64,000 nt of DNA from Podarcis melisellensis (Eukaryota). The stretch lies in NCBI GenBank assembly GCA_964234715.1, contig OZ174283.1. One strand, given 5' to 3'. The notes beneath the pieces are model-generated. The model had not been told where the DNA came from, did not search any database, and saw only the letters and a program-made list of their open reading frames with translations. Below, piece by piece: positions 52,530 through 64,000 of this stretch. How positions within the stretch are numbered: position 1 is the first letter of the stretch; the number at the start of each line of letters is the position of its first letter. Position numbers and translations under genes: made by a program.

Positions 52530-53856
52530 TATAATGAAACTACACTAAAATCACACAAAAATATTAAGCACATTTTCTACTTTTGGATTTTATGGAGCTA
52601 AACAGACACCATTCAGTGTAACATATTGAGTGATAGTCATCTGTTACTCAGAGTAGACCCATTGAGATTAATGAACATGATTGCATCAAGTCCATTCATT
52701 TCAGGTCTTCTCTGAGTAAAACACAATGGAATGCTTCCCCTTCTCCCCAACAGATAAATAAATACTGACTGATTAATTGCCAGATAATAGGGGTAAAATA
52801 AAGTTTTCCAAAGGTGTGATTCATTGTGGGAAGCTACAACCACTCCTTTCTTTTAAGGATCTGCTTACAGTAGATCTTATGACACCAGCCATTTTCATGC
52901 TCCCTTCCTAAAACAAACCATCACTACCCATGGTATGTAAAGATCCAGGATAACTGTGTGGCCAGCTGTACAGCTCCAAGTCATGCTATCCACATGCTAT
53001 GCACCAGGTTCAGACCCACAAAAGAATGCTGAGGCCTCATCATTCTAAGGATGATGGGAGCTGTAGTCTGACAATACCTGGAGGGTCACAGGCTCCCCAA
53101 CCCCGGTTTAGTGGATCACAAACAGTGCTGATAATTTTGGGTAAGTCAAGTGATACAACAAATCCATAATATCTATGGATAAGAAGTTTCTTAGACCTTC
53201 AGCTTTGTAATCAACTGTGGGTAATGGAACACTACAGTAGGCTGTTGTTTTTTAACTCCCAGAGTGATGTAGTGGCGGTTTACTATAGTGTGATCCCATT
53301 AATACCAAGGACTGCACAAGTGTAACTGGTCATTGTATAGGTGTCAAGACAGCATAATTTATTTTTGATAATACCCCATTTTCCACTGCCTAGTCACTTG
53401 GCTGTTGGAAAGATCAATAATGGTATATAATTTTTATGAGTGGGTTTTCTTATTATCTAGTTAAATTCAAAGAGAAGTTAACTCAGGCTTGAAACATTAT
53501 AGTGGTGCAGAGTAAGCAATACCAGGAGGGAAGAAAATCCTAGTGAGTGTGGAGAACAAGCTCTCATGAATACACATCTACAAAAAGAGCACAATTTAAC
53601 ACTGATTGCTATGATGGCTCAAGGGTACGCAGCAATGTTGAATTATTATTACACATTGTGGAATTTTTATTTGGCTTGCCAAAGTCTGTAGAGCACAGCT
53701 GATCTCCCTAATGTGAAACTGTCTGGCAGGCATATTTTTATTCTTACAAAACTTTTACTACTTAAAATGTCATTTCTTTTCCTTTGTTCCAAACATTCTG
53801 CCATTGTGCCTTATTTGATGACGTAGACCAACCTGGTACCATTCAAATGTATAGAC

Positions 53857-54108
53857 CAGGGCTCAGCAACCTTTTTCAGCTGTGGGCCGGTCCACCATCC
53901 CTCAGACCATGTGGTGGGTCGGACTATATTTGGGGGGGGGAAATATGAACAAATTCCTATGCCCCACAAATAACCCAGAGATGCATTCTAAATAAAAGTA
54001 CAAATTCTACTCATGTAAAAACATGCTGATTCCCGGACCATGCACGGGCTGGATTGAGAAGGTGATTGGGCCGCATCTGGCTCCCAGGCCTTAGGTTGCC
54101 TACCCCTG
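53857..54108 (+). mobile_element. hAT (Charlie-like) MITE nested in an older hairpin MITE
   Basis: CAGGG...CCCTG termini with a perfect 8-bp TSD GTATAGAC (53849-53856 / 54109-54116). Confidence 0.9.
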
Positions 54109-56299
54109 GTATAGACTGTAACTTTGATCAGCCCCAAGGGGACACCATTTGGAGGACACCAGCTTGGGTAAGACTGGAGTAGACCATGTGGATAGCTGCA
54201 GGATGGAAACAAAGGGCATCAAGTTACTGACTAGTTCCCAAAAGTGAAGTGAGATGCCTTCCGTACATGTTCCATAACTCCTATTGCATTGACATACTGC
54301 ATCCTGTACAACAAGGGTGGGGAACCCCAGACCCAGGGACAAAAAGTGGCCCTTCCCTCTATCTGGCCCTCAAGATTCTCCCCATGCCACACACCCCTCT
54401 CCAGACAGAGGAGAAGGGCTTTCCTGGCTTTTCCACCAGTGGATGGGGTTGGCAGTGTGGTAGGCGCTGGCTTGCAAGGGAGGAAGCCTCACACGGAGGT
54501 CTTTCATGTCTATCTGCTGTCTCCGGATATAATTGGATTTCATGTCCCATTATCCTTAGGAAGTATGCATGGTGATCAGGGAATATGGGATTTGTAGCCC
54601 CAAACCATATGCAGGGCCATAGGTTCCCCATCTCTCTTCTGGAGAAACCCACTAGCTTTTCTTCCGTTGAAATCCGACTTTCTGATTCTGGGCACAAAAA
54701 GGCTTGTTGATCATCACAAAAGGATAAAAGTATATAGAATAAGAGTAGTCAGCAAGGACCATATAACTGAAGGCCTATAGTCCCCTTGTCTCAGGGTGTG
54801 AAAACTTGGCAGACAAAAAAGTGCTGCTCATCAATTGGATGATGTTGCACCAGTTTAGCAGGGAACTTGCACATCCTCTTATGCAGCCCTGTACACAATG
54901 TTGCCAAATGTTGAAAAGATGAATAGCAGCCTTTATGGAGAATTCAAGTGAGAGGGGCTTATGAAGTACAATGTTCATTTTCAGAGACAGCCTAGTTCTG
55001 ACAACCAGATGCTAGAGAGGAATTATAGGGAAAGGATGTCTTCATCATGCCTCCTTTGTGGACCTAGTTGGGACATCTTGTTGGCCCCTGTCAATGGATA
55101 ATCCTTAGAAAATGTAATATCTCTTGAACAGAAGTGTTACCTTGAAGGAAGACATCTGGACTCTCTGCAACAAAGGGAGTAACAGTTGCATATTTATTGC
55201 ATTAAAAGAAACAGAAATTTGTTGGGGAAAGCTCCTCTGGGTTGAAAATGTGAAGGAGTGTTGATTATTTTTTCACCTGTGAATATATGTCACTTATTCA
55301 GTTTGTAGCCAGGAACTGAGAGATGCAGCAAAGCAGAACACATTTCAGGGAAAGGAAGGGGTGAAAGAGAATATCTGTTGTTGACATCTGTCTGTCTCAA
55401 GAGACAATGAAAGAGTGCACCTTTGGCAGTAAAGTTGGAGAGTAACAGTGCCTGCTGTGGCTGTGGAGATTGATATGGGAGAGTGATATGAAGGTGACCG
55501 GTTTTCCTGCTAAAGCTGCACCATGACATTTCTTCTCTTTGTGCTCCTCCCAACAGTCATTCCTTCTCTAATCATTGCTGTGGATGGATACATGAACAGA
55601 GTGATTGTCTCCAGACATTGCAGTCATCTACAAGGGATTTTCATACAATGGGCTTAATGTTACCAATTTTCACATCACATTTGCAGACATCTTTGTAATG
55701 CACAATTGGTCTGCCAACAGGCTTAGTGCCTCTCTGCAGAGCACGTCTTTGGGGATCCTGCTATCTTCCATTCTGGGTACATGATCAAGCCAACATAGAG
55801 CAACAGGGAGATGAATATGCCAAAGACAGCTGGAGCAAGAACACAGTCCTGTTTCACACTGATCTTTATAGGGAAGACATCTGAGGATGAACTGTCATAC
55901 TAGACAGAGCAATGCATGGGCTCGAGGAAGGACATGGAGCATAGGTGGGCATCCTATCTTGTTAAGCAATGTGAAAAGTCATTTTTGGCTCACAAGGTCA
56001 GACATCTTCATCAGGACTTAGTTGAACATATCCAGGAGCCCAATTCAGGCATTCAGCCTACTCATTTGATTCTGAATAACCTTGCTCTGAATCTGACAGG
56101 AGGGAAGTATGGTGGCTCCTCATTGCAGTGCTCATGGAGGAGAGTGTGCAATGGAACAGTGACGCAATGCAGTGGGTGGGACTAGACAATACATCCCTGC
56201 CTTCCTCATGGGTTTTAGTGTCACATGAGTAAACTGAATGCCAAATAGAACTAGGGTCATCCAAAGAACCTGATTGGTGGGAGACAAAATGAATTACCT

Positions 56300-56532
56300 C
56301 ATGGGTAGGGAAACTAAGGCACAGGGGCTGGATCTGGTCCAATCGCCTTCTAAATCTGGCCCATGGATGGTCCGGGAATCAGTGTGTTTTTACATGAGTA
56401 GAATGTGTCCTTTTATTTAAAATGCATCTCTAGAATTCGTTCAATTTTTTTCCTTCAAAATATAGTCTGGCCCCCCCAAAGGTCTGAGGGACAGTAGACT
56501 GGCCCCCTGCTGAAAAAGGTTGCTGACCCGTG
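56300..56532 (-). mobile_element. hAT MITE, same family as 53857-54108, inverted
   Basis: Reverse-complement homology (gggaatcag.gtgtttttacatgagtagaat, ggtctgaggga, gctgaaaaaggttgctga) and a perfect 8-bp TSD AATTACCT (56292-56299 / 56533-56540). Confidence 0.9.
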
Positions 56533-58391
56533 AATTACCTCTTCACACAATACAAAGTCAACTTACAAAATTTGCTGCAGGTAGAATTGATGAGCTCTTG
56601 GAACAATGTCTCCCTTTTGATAAGTCTCCCCTTTCCTGCCACTGCCCCCATTTCCAACCTGATCTTGCTTCTATTACCCCCCCCCCAAAAAAAGAGCCTT
56701 TACCTTGTAGGCAGATTTTTACCCTTATGTATATGTGAGATTGGGACCTGGCATTTGCAGAATTCCTAATCACCTGCATTGAAAGGGAAGGGATTAGGTT
56801 GCTAGAACCTGTGTCAGAATGAGCTGAGTTCAGCAGGCACAATCACCACTCGAGGCATTCACTAGATATGGCCATGTCATGAGAATGTGGCTTGTGTGCA
56901 TGTGATACAGGCCTGCTTTGCATTATACATGCTGTCTTGAGACTCCTATAGACTTCTACAGCGGAACAAGCAAAACCACAAACCGTCTTGCCGAATAATT
57001 TTTCTTATATCTGTTGCCTTTGCTTTCAATATTTACGAAAAAGTATTAAAGTGGTGGTGAAAAGTATTTGCAATTTGGTTCTCTATGTTCACATTGTAAC
57101 TTTAATATTTCTAATCAGTAGTCCGAATAAGGCAAATTATTATAAGGAAAAACTTTCAATCAGGGGGGGAGGTCATCATAATTTTTAAGTTTTCCTACAG
57201 TTGTCTACTAAGCTTTCATTCTATGTTGCAATGGTCCATAAGGAAATGTCTCTCACCCTTTCATTAGTTGGCTTTGCCTGAGAAACAAAATCGATGCAAT
57301 TTTACCATGTCTTCTCATATGTCAACTTTTGCCTCTGCTGTTCTTTACTGCAGTTTTTGTTAATTGATCTGCACACCTTTCATTTTCCGAAACTCAACTC
57401 AGTTATAGTCAAATGTCTGTAGCCACAACATCCTCTTTTTATAGAGGAGGCACTATGGGAGGATCAATCTGGAGCACAGCAGTGATGGTGGGCATTTAGT
57501 CCTCTCCCCATCTGCTACTTCTCCACTTTCCCAGGCCATCCACCTTTCACCTGTAGGGTCCCAAGAAAGGCTTTAGGAGAGCAGATGTGCATTTGGGCTC
57601 CACAAGGGGAAAAGCAGCTTGGGAGTGGCAATTTAGGAGCTGGAAATGCTGGACAGGGGAAGTGTTAAGCACTCTCTCTGCTGCTTCTCCCTTCAATTTA
57701 ACCTGCTTCTAGATAGGTTTTCCAGCAAAAACAGGCATTTAGTTGCACACAATTAATAATTTGGCCACAATAACCAGATTTCAGGCTACTGCACAAAAGG
57801 CTGTTTGAGAAATGCCTTCTATTTAAGATTAGATTGCAATAAATGTTATTACTAATTCCCACAACAAGGTTGTTTTTGAATTTAGACAACAGTATTGGAA
57901 TCAGGAGCCACAATTTCATACTGAAGAGTCTGGATGAAGTAGGAACCTGTTCACTGGTCCAATGGAGCACGTATCATAGATTTAAAGTTTCTCCTGAATA
58001 GTTTCTATCAGAGAGATCTAAGCATGCATAATATATTTTGAGCATCTGATCTCTGGCTATACTTAATTCTGAAGTAGACTTGAACAGAATATTCACAGCC
58101 TGCAAGATATGTTGGCGGAAAAAGAGATAACAGCACCCAATCCATGGAACCCTGCCCACTAATCCAAGAGGTTCTGCATCATAACTTTTTAATCTGCTGG
58201 TGGAAATGTAATAACTGACTTCCACAGTTAGGAAGTGTTGCAGTAACTTTTAAACTTTTGCTAACTATTCACAAAGTTTTGACATACTTTCCCCATTTTT
58301 CCTGAGACTAGAGAGCCTTCCATTTTGTAGCATTTGTTTGCTAACCAAATTTCTAGGGGTGGGCTTTCTTCCCTATCAAATTAATACTCTT

Positions 58392-58708
58392 GAGCTACAT
58401 CACACCATGTTTTAAAGCATCTGTTTAACAGTCACAGCTTCCTCCAAATAATCCTTGGGACTGTAGTTTGTTAACGGTGCTGAGAGTTTTTAGGAGACCC
58501 TAGTCCCCTCACAGAGCTACATTTCCCAGAATTCCCCGGGAAGGAGGATTGTTACACCACTCAAAAAACTGTAGCTCTGTGAAGGGAATAGTTGTCTCCA
58601 AAAAAACTCTCAACACCCTTTACATACTACAGTTCCCAGGATTCTTTGGAGGAAGCCATGATAGTTAGTGGTATAAGATTGCATTAAATATATGGTGTGG
58701 ATGTGGCC
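58392..58708. mobile_element. Long foldback MITE (PIF/Harbinger-like)
   Basis: Imperfect palindrome over about 315 bp: gctacatcacaccat / atggtgtggatgtggc, gggactgtagt / actacagttccc, cacagagctaca / tgtagctctgtg. Confidence 0.7.
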
Positions 58709-60029
58709 TTGATGCCACAACACATATGTCAGGAGAAGCTGGCACAGCAATTATGGGCAAAGTGTTCTCCTTCAGCCTCCTTACAGATCTTAATTGTTTT
58801 GATATTGTTGGGGTACACAGAACAACCGCCTAAAAAGAAGAATTGAGGGTAGGAATGCTTACACATAATTAATGGCAGCCTGCTTCCTATGAATAAATGC
58901 TTTCTCTTCCCAGCAGCTCATGGCGGGGGGAGGGGGGGAGAATCTAATGAGAAGTTTGAGAAGTTTACAAAATGGATTCCAGGTTTTTAAGGGTCTGTAT
59001 CAGTAGGACTGAATAATATGAACATGGCCTTGAATAATTCATTTACAGAGGTTTGTTGTTTCATCAGATTGTAGACCGAGCAAAGAAGCTTGTCTCTGTT
59101 CTTCAGCTGGCTAACATTACGTTTTGCAGCTTCTCTCTCCAAAAGTATGTTTCTAATTAAGACCTATAATAATGTTTTCCTATGCAGGAAGAGATGGGGA
59201 GGGGGAAAATATTTTTAGAATTCCTTTTTAGGCTTATTCAAAACAAGTCCCTCTCTGTTCAAAATCCATAATAGGCTACATGGCTTTGAGAAAGACAATT
59301 AAAAGTGTGCCATCATTAAAATGATACGAGCTTTCGTTTTATTTGTGGGAACAGACAGAAGCCAACAACTTGAAGAGGTTAAGTTGTGCTTGTGCAATTT
59401 ATATCCTTGTAATGAAAGATTGGGAGGCAGGGGGAGAGAATTTAGCAGAACAGGAATGTATTTGTAAAAGGACAGTTTTTCATGCTGCTTGTAATAAAAA
59501 TTTATACTTGTGTTTGAGTTTAGTGATCCCCTATGTCTAAGAGCCTTTCAGAATGTTAGAGAGGAATAAATACTTAATTGCTTTTATATTGGCCTATCTG
59601 CTGAGGCACTTCCTATTAATACTCTTAAAAACTTTATTCACCATTTCAATTCCACATAGAATAATAGGCATTTCCCTGTTATAGCACTGAGCTAAGAAAC
59701 ATATTCCCTTGTTCAGGAATGGACTACAGCTGCTATTGTTCCTGATCCTGTATCATAATAATTGGAGCTAAAGGGCATTGTCTTCCACCAACATCTAGAG
59801 GACCACAGGTTCTCCTACTGTAGTTAGTAAATACGGTTAGTAAAATACAATTTAAATACATGACATCAGGCATGGCTCTGCTCACCTCAATATTGGAGGA
59901 ATCAGCATGAGCCAAGTGTAAACCACACTAAGACCCTGGTTATAGAGTTACCTGCACATAAAATAATTGCATTAAAAATAATCGGTGAGAGGAAATAAAG
60001 GTGGCTCCAACACCTTTACCCCTTTATCT

Positions 60030-60500
60030 CTTTATTTATTAAATTATTTATAGGCCACCCTCATGCAGAAATACCAGGGCTGTGTACAAGATCCCCAAAC
60101 ACAGAAAGCATAAAACATGAAAGCAATACAGAATAATAAAAATGACTGGCTCATCTGAAAAGTGTAAACAGCTACTATGAGCATTAAAAAAAAAATTCAT
60201 CTGAAGTTGGACCAGTGACAGTAAATGCCCGACTTGAAGCTAGTCAGACTTCTCAAACTAACAGCACTCCTCCAGGGGATCTAAATGATTGAGCTGGGAT
60301 ATAAGGCCTGAGGTTGATCCTTCAGATATCCTGGATCCAAGTTGTTCAGAGCTTTGTATATTGAAACTTGGCTTGGTAGCATATAAGCAGCAAATGTCAC
60401 ATGCTGTCAGTCGCCTGCCCACTGCATTCTGCAGTATCTGGATAGAGTGCACTGCAGTAATCCGTTCTCAAGGTCACCAGTGCATGGATATCCTACAGTG
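60030..60500 (-). mobile_element. L2 LINE 3' remnant
   Basis: ORF 60258-60452 reads IQILQNAVGRRLT (L2 LQxxQNAAARL motif). A (TTTA)n tail lies at the left end. Confidence 0.65.
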
Positions 60501-60620
60501 ACTAGGATATCCTGATTTAGCATACTGGTAAAACCATGTTCCAAAACTCCTAATGAGCCAGCAAAGTCTTCACTGAAGTCCTCTCCCCTCCATAGGCAAC
60601 TGTGCTTGCAACCTTTATAC

Positions 60621-61160
60621 TGTTATGAGTTTGTAGGTGCCAGACTCCTCTAATCCCCGGATCTAGCAAGTGTTAGAATTTTTCAAGGCTTGTGGTGTTA
60701 AGCCGGGTGCTAGACTCCTCTAAACCCCTGAACCCAACAAGTGTTAAGATATAAGACAGGCTACCTGTGTTGAGGTGATGGCCTAGGTGATGGACTATTA
60801 AGAGAAAAAAAACAAAAAGATTGAGGGGTTTGGTGTAAAAAAGGCAAATGGGTGGGGCCCCTTTCTCAACAGACAATGCCAGAGTTTGAACTAGAGTTTT
60901 GAGGCAGTGATGTTACTGAGAAGCAAAACAACAAGCTGGAAAGCCAGAGAGGCAACACAATGGTTGATTTCTGTTTGAATCCAAGGGAGAAACACCACCC
61001 TTTTGGGGTGTTAATGCTGTGAACTCATCCATCATAGGCTCTTAGCTTTTATACATGTGTAAATAAACCAAATATCAGAAAGACACCACTACAATTCCCA
61101 TAGTCTCTTACAGTTGACCAGAGGGACTGAGGCTGATGGTATTTCAGGAACATTTGGAGG
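60621..61160 (+). mobile_element. LTR-like solo element
   Basis: TG start, internal duplicated unit (ggtgc.agactcctctaa.ccc.g.a.c.a.caagtgtta), AATAAA at about 61061 and homology to 28579-28960. TSD not confirmed. Confidence 0.6.
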
Positions 61161-61819
61161 GCATGCCATTGGCTACATTAAGGAGATATCAGACTGAAAA
61201 TCCAAAATTAATTCCTGTCTTTGCCCAATGACATTCACATAAAAAGACACATGCAAACTTGCCGACTCCAACACTGTAATTTCTTGACAAATTATTTTTG
61301 TTGTAGAAAGCACTAATAACACATTTCCTGCAAAGTAAAAATTCCATTTAGCCACAATCAGCAGGGTTTAATTAGAGAGCATGAATTATTGAATATATGC
61401 TGTTGTTTTCCATAAGCTTTAAACCCAAAGCCACGTCAAATTAAATTGTATGAAAGCAAAGTAGCATGTAAAACTAAATAATTTTTTTAAAGGTTTAGTT
61501 GCTCCTTTTGACTGCAACTGCATTTCAGCAACAATTTTCAAGTTCCATATCATATTTTTGAATGAAGTCATTTGTACGTAAAGAATTTCATCCATTCTGT
61601 CAAGGTCTTAATTAACCAATTACAGGAGCCACAAGCCCCACCCGTGGGATGCTGCAAATAAATGGTCAGTTGGCTGCAAAGAACACTGTGTTAGCATAAT
61701 GTCATGGTCTTTACTATAAGATGAACCAGGAGATCACTGGGGTGGGGCAGCAACCAGATGATTAGTTCTTCAAAGCCATACCTTAACTAGGGAAGGAGCT
61801 GCTGGAAGACGGCAGCCAT

Positions 61820-61962
61820 GGGGTATAATCTCAGTCAGTAGAGCATAAACTCTTAATCTCAGGGTCATGAGTCTGAGCCCTATGTTTGGCAAAAGATTCC
61901 TGCAATGCAGGGAATTGTATTTAGATGATCCTTGTGGTCCCTTCCAACTCTATAATTCTATT
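61820..61962 (+). mobile_element. tRNA(Lys)-like SINE with CR1-type 3' tail
   Basis: Head tctcagtcagtagagcat..actcttaatctcagggtcatgagt and tail gatgatccttgtggtcccttccaactctataattcta. Confidence 0.75.
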
Positions 61963-62329
61963 AGGATTCTAATCACTTACCTTGGAGTAAGCCTCACCGT
62001 ACTCCATAAGAGTTACTTCTGAGTAGACATGTTTAGGCTTGCATTGTTAGAGCAGAGGCCTATATATATTTTGAGAAATTGCTCCCAGAAATCCAGAAGT
62101 CTCTTTCACCACTTGCTTCACCTCTGATGGTGGTGGTACTTGGAAGACCCCTCAGAAGATATTAAAATACTTGAGTAGGAATAGGATCATGTGAGAAAAG
62201 GCAGTCTTTAAGATAGCCAGTCTGGGTACAGAAATGGACTAGGAGCAGTGCACCTGATTTAAGATTGGAAAAGACTTGAACCCAGTCCCAGGCTATAGTC
62301 TAGAGCAGGGGGTAGCCAACATGGAAATG

Positions 62330-62920
62330 CAGCATTGGACTGAAAGAGTTTTTTCCATCCCTGCTGTAGAGCTAGAAAAGATGTAGAAAAGGACAACAAA
62401 AATGCTGGATCTGGAGTAGGCTACCTGTGAGAGAAAAGGATACAACATTTGGGGCTTTTTAGTCAAGTATAGAAAAGAGGGGATGTATGAGATGTATAAA
62501 ATTATGCATTGTGTAGACAAAATGGATAGTTTTTCACCTTTTTGTGTAATACCCAAACGATGGTTATTCAATAAAGCTGAATGGTGGAAGATCCTGCACA
62601 AATTTATATATATATTTAATTTATTTACTGAATTCCTATACCATCCTATGTCTCATACGGGGCATAAATTATATGAAACCGTATGAAAGCCCATAAAGAG
62701 GTAGTGGTAGCTGGCAACTTGGATGGCTTAGAAGGTGATTAGACAAATCCATGGGGGGATAAGACTTCCATGTACCTAATCTTCCATGTGAGGAGAGTAC
62801 AATTGCACTCATGTCCTCTTTGCTGGCTTCCCATAGGCATTTGCTTGGTCGCTATGAGAACAGAATGCTGGACTAGATGAACCTTTGATTTGACCTGGCA
62901 GGGTTCTTCTTATGGTGCTA
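62330..62920 (+). mobile_element. CR1 LINE 3' remnant
   Basis: ELEKM*KRTTKML...GDV*DVYKIMHC-like segment, ggcaacttggatggctt..gattagacaaatccatgg, and CR1 3' UTR cagaatgctggactagatg. Confidence 0.75.
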
Positions 62921-62990
62921 TGATGTACCAATTTACTTCTGAGAGAATATAGGCTCAGAGCACCATTTTAAAACTCTTAACTGCATAGTA

Positions 62991-63126
62991 CAAGCATGGC
63001 CAAACTTGGCCCTCCAGATGTTTTGGGACTACAACTCCCATCATCCCTAGCTAACAGGACCAGTGGTCAGGGATGATAGTAGTTGTAGTCCCAAAACATC
63101 TGGAGGGCCAAGTTTGGCCATGCCTG
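62991..63126. mobile_element. Near-perfect hairpin hAT MITE
   Basis: 58-bp arms (62991-63048 / 63069-63126) with about 3 mismatches and a perfect 8-bp TSD GCATAGTA. Decayed relatives lie near 9000-9085, 34185-34260, 37705-37830, 53050-53105 and 59700-59820. Confidence 0.92.
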
Positions 63127-64000
63127 GCATAGTACAATGTAACACACATCATTTGAATTTGCTTGGCACAGATGCCTTTTTATACATGCCATATTTTCCA
63201 AGTTTAAGCAAGACGACCCTTAAAGCTTCTAATATTTTCTGAGATGAACTAGGTCTCTTTCTCTGGAGTTTGTAAAGAAAGTTTCACACAGCTGAAGATT
63301 CAGATAGAATGGTGTTTCCATCTAGACCATTGAAGGATAGGCTCAATCATACCTGAATGCAATGGATAGAGATTTGAAATAGACAGGAGTTCCATAAAGC
63401 AAGAGGGAAACTAGGAGAAACAGCTACCTGATATATTTGTCCCACGGTGGGCACTTAAGATAGCAAAGAACCCCTCAGAGATCTTTAGCATGAAATTTAG
63501 TATTTCATTAAACAAGTACTTTGTCTCATTTAGCTCAACCCGCTCTACAGTTACAGTTTTTTATTGTCCTTTTAAAGGCATTTTAAATCTGTTTATGCAC
63601 TGTGTCTACTTGCTTAGCAATCTTTACTATATACCTTTCTTTCCTCCCTCCCTTCCTCCTCCCCTCCATTTTTTTGCAGTCTTCACAAAATGGGAAGCAC
63701 GCAGCTGTCTATATGAATATTAAGCACATTTTCTCTTTAAAAATATCCTGAACAGCTTACCAAGAGTAGAAACCAAGAGTACCAAGAGTAGAAACCTTAC
63801 AAAGCCATGTTACTAAGATTACTATAATAGTATTTAATTAGCACTTCTTTCCTGTGTCAAAAATAAAGACAGCTTCATATATATACATATATATATAACA
63901 TCCAGGAAATGGATGAAGAACAGCATAGGCACATCAAGCAATAAGGAGAAGAAATAAAAATGTAATTTTCAGGAAGCATCTGGCCGGCCACCGTTGGGAA

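Noticed and set aside
59069-59145. Plus-strand exon-like segment (IVDRAKKLVSVLQLANITF...), and a similar one near 51684-51750
   Set aside because: Splice sites are modest, no protein is recognisable and no partner exons were found.
1-64000. Most ORFs in the six-frame track as protein-coding genes
   Set aside because: They are short (60-165 aa), often start at non-ATG codons and show no recognisable domains. The interpretable ones are TE-derived or antisense to TEs.

Overview
Repeat-rich, essentially non-coding vertebrate DNA. The repeat complement points to a squamate, most likely a lacertid lizard: a full-length Sauria SINE, BovB/RTE, CR1, L2, non-mammalian L1, tRNA-derived SINEs, and hAT and Tc1/mariner MITEs. 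I could not recognise any host protein-coding exon, RNA gene or CRISPR array, so the window is probably a large intron or intergenic DNA with several repeat-poor, enhancer-like blocks. The most notable signal is three independently inserted, strongly diverged ~440-bp solo LTRs (29954-30395, 37012-37465, 41287-41721; TG...CA ends, 5-bp TSDs). All three carry the same ~108-codon reading frame, open from base 2 of the LTR (one copy has a single internal stop), with an ungapped 43-residue C-terminal motif rich in synonymous substitutions. This looks like an LTR-encoded protein segment under purifying selection. Other points of interest are a young CpG-rich DIRS/Ngaro-like element, perfect (AT)n-centred palindromes, an inverted hAT MITE pair, and a few weak exon candidates. 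Repeat family names come from recall of motifs, not from database searches.
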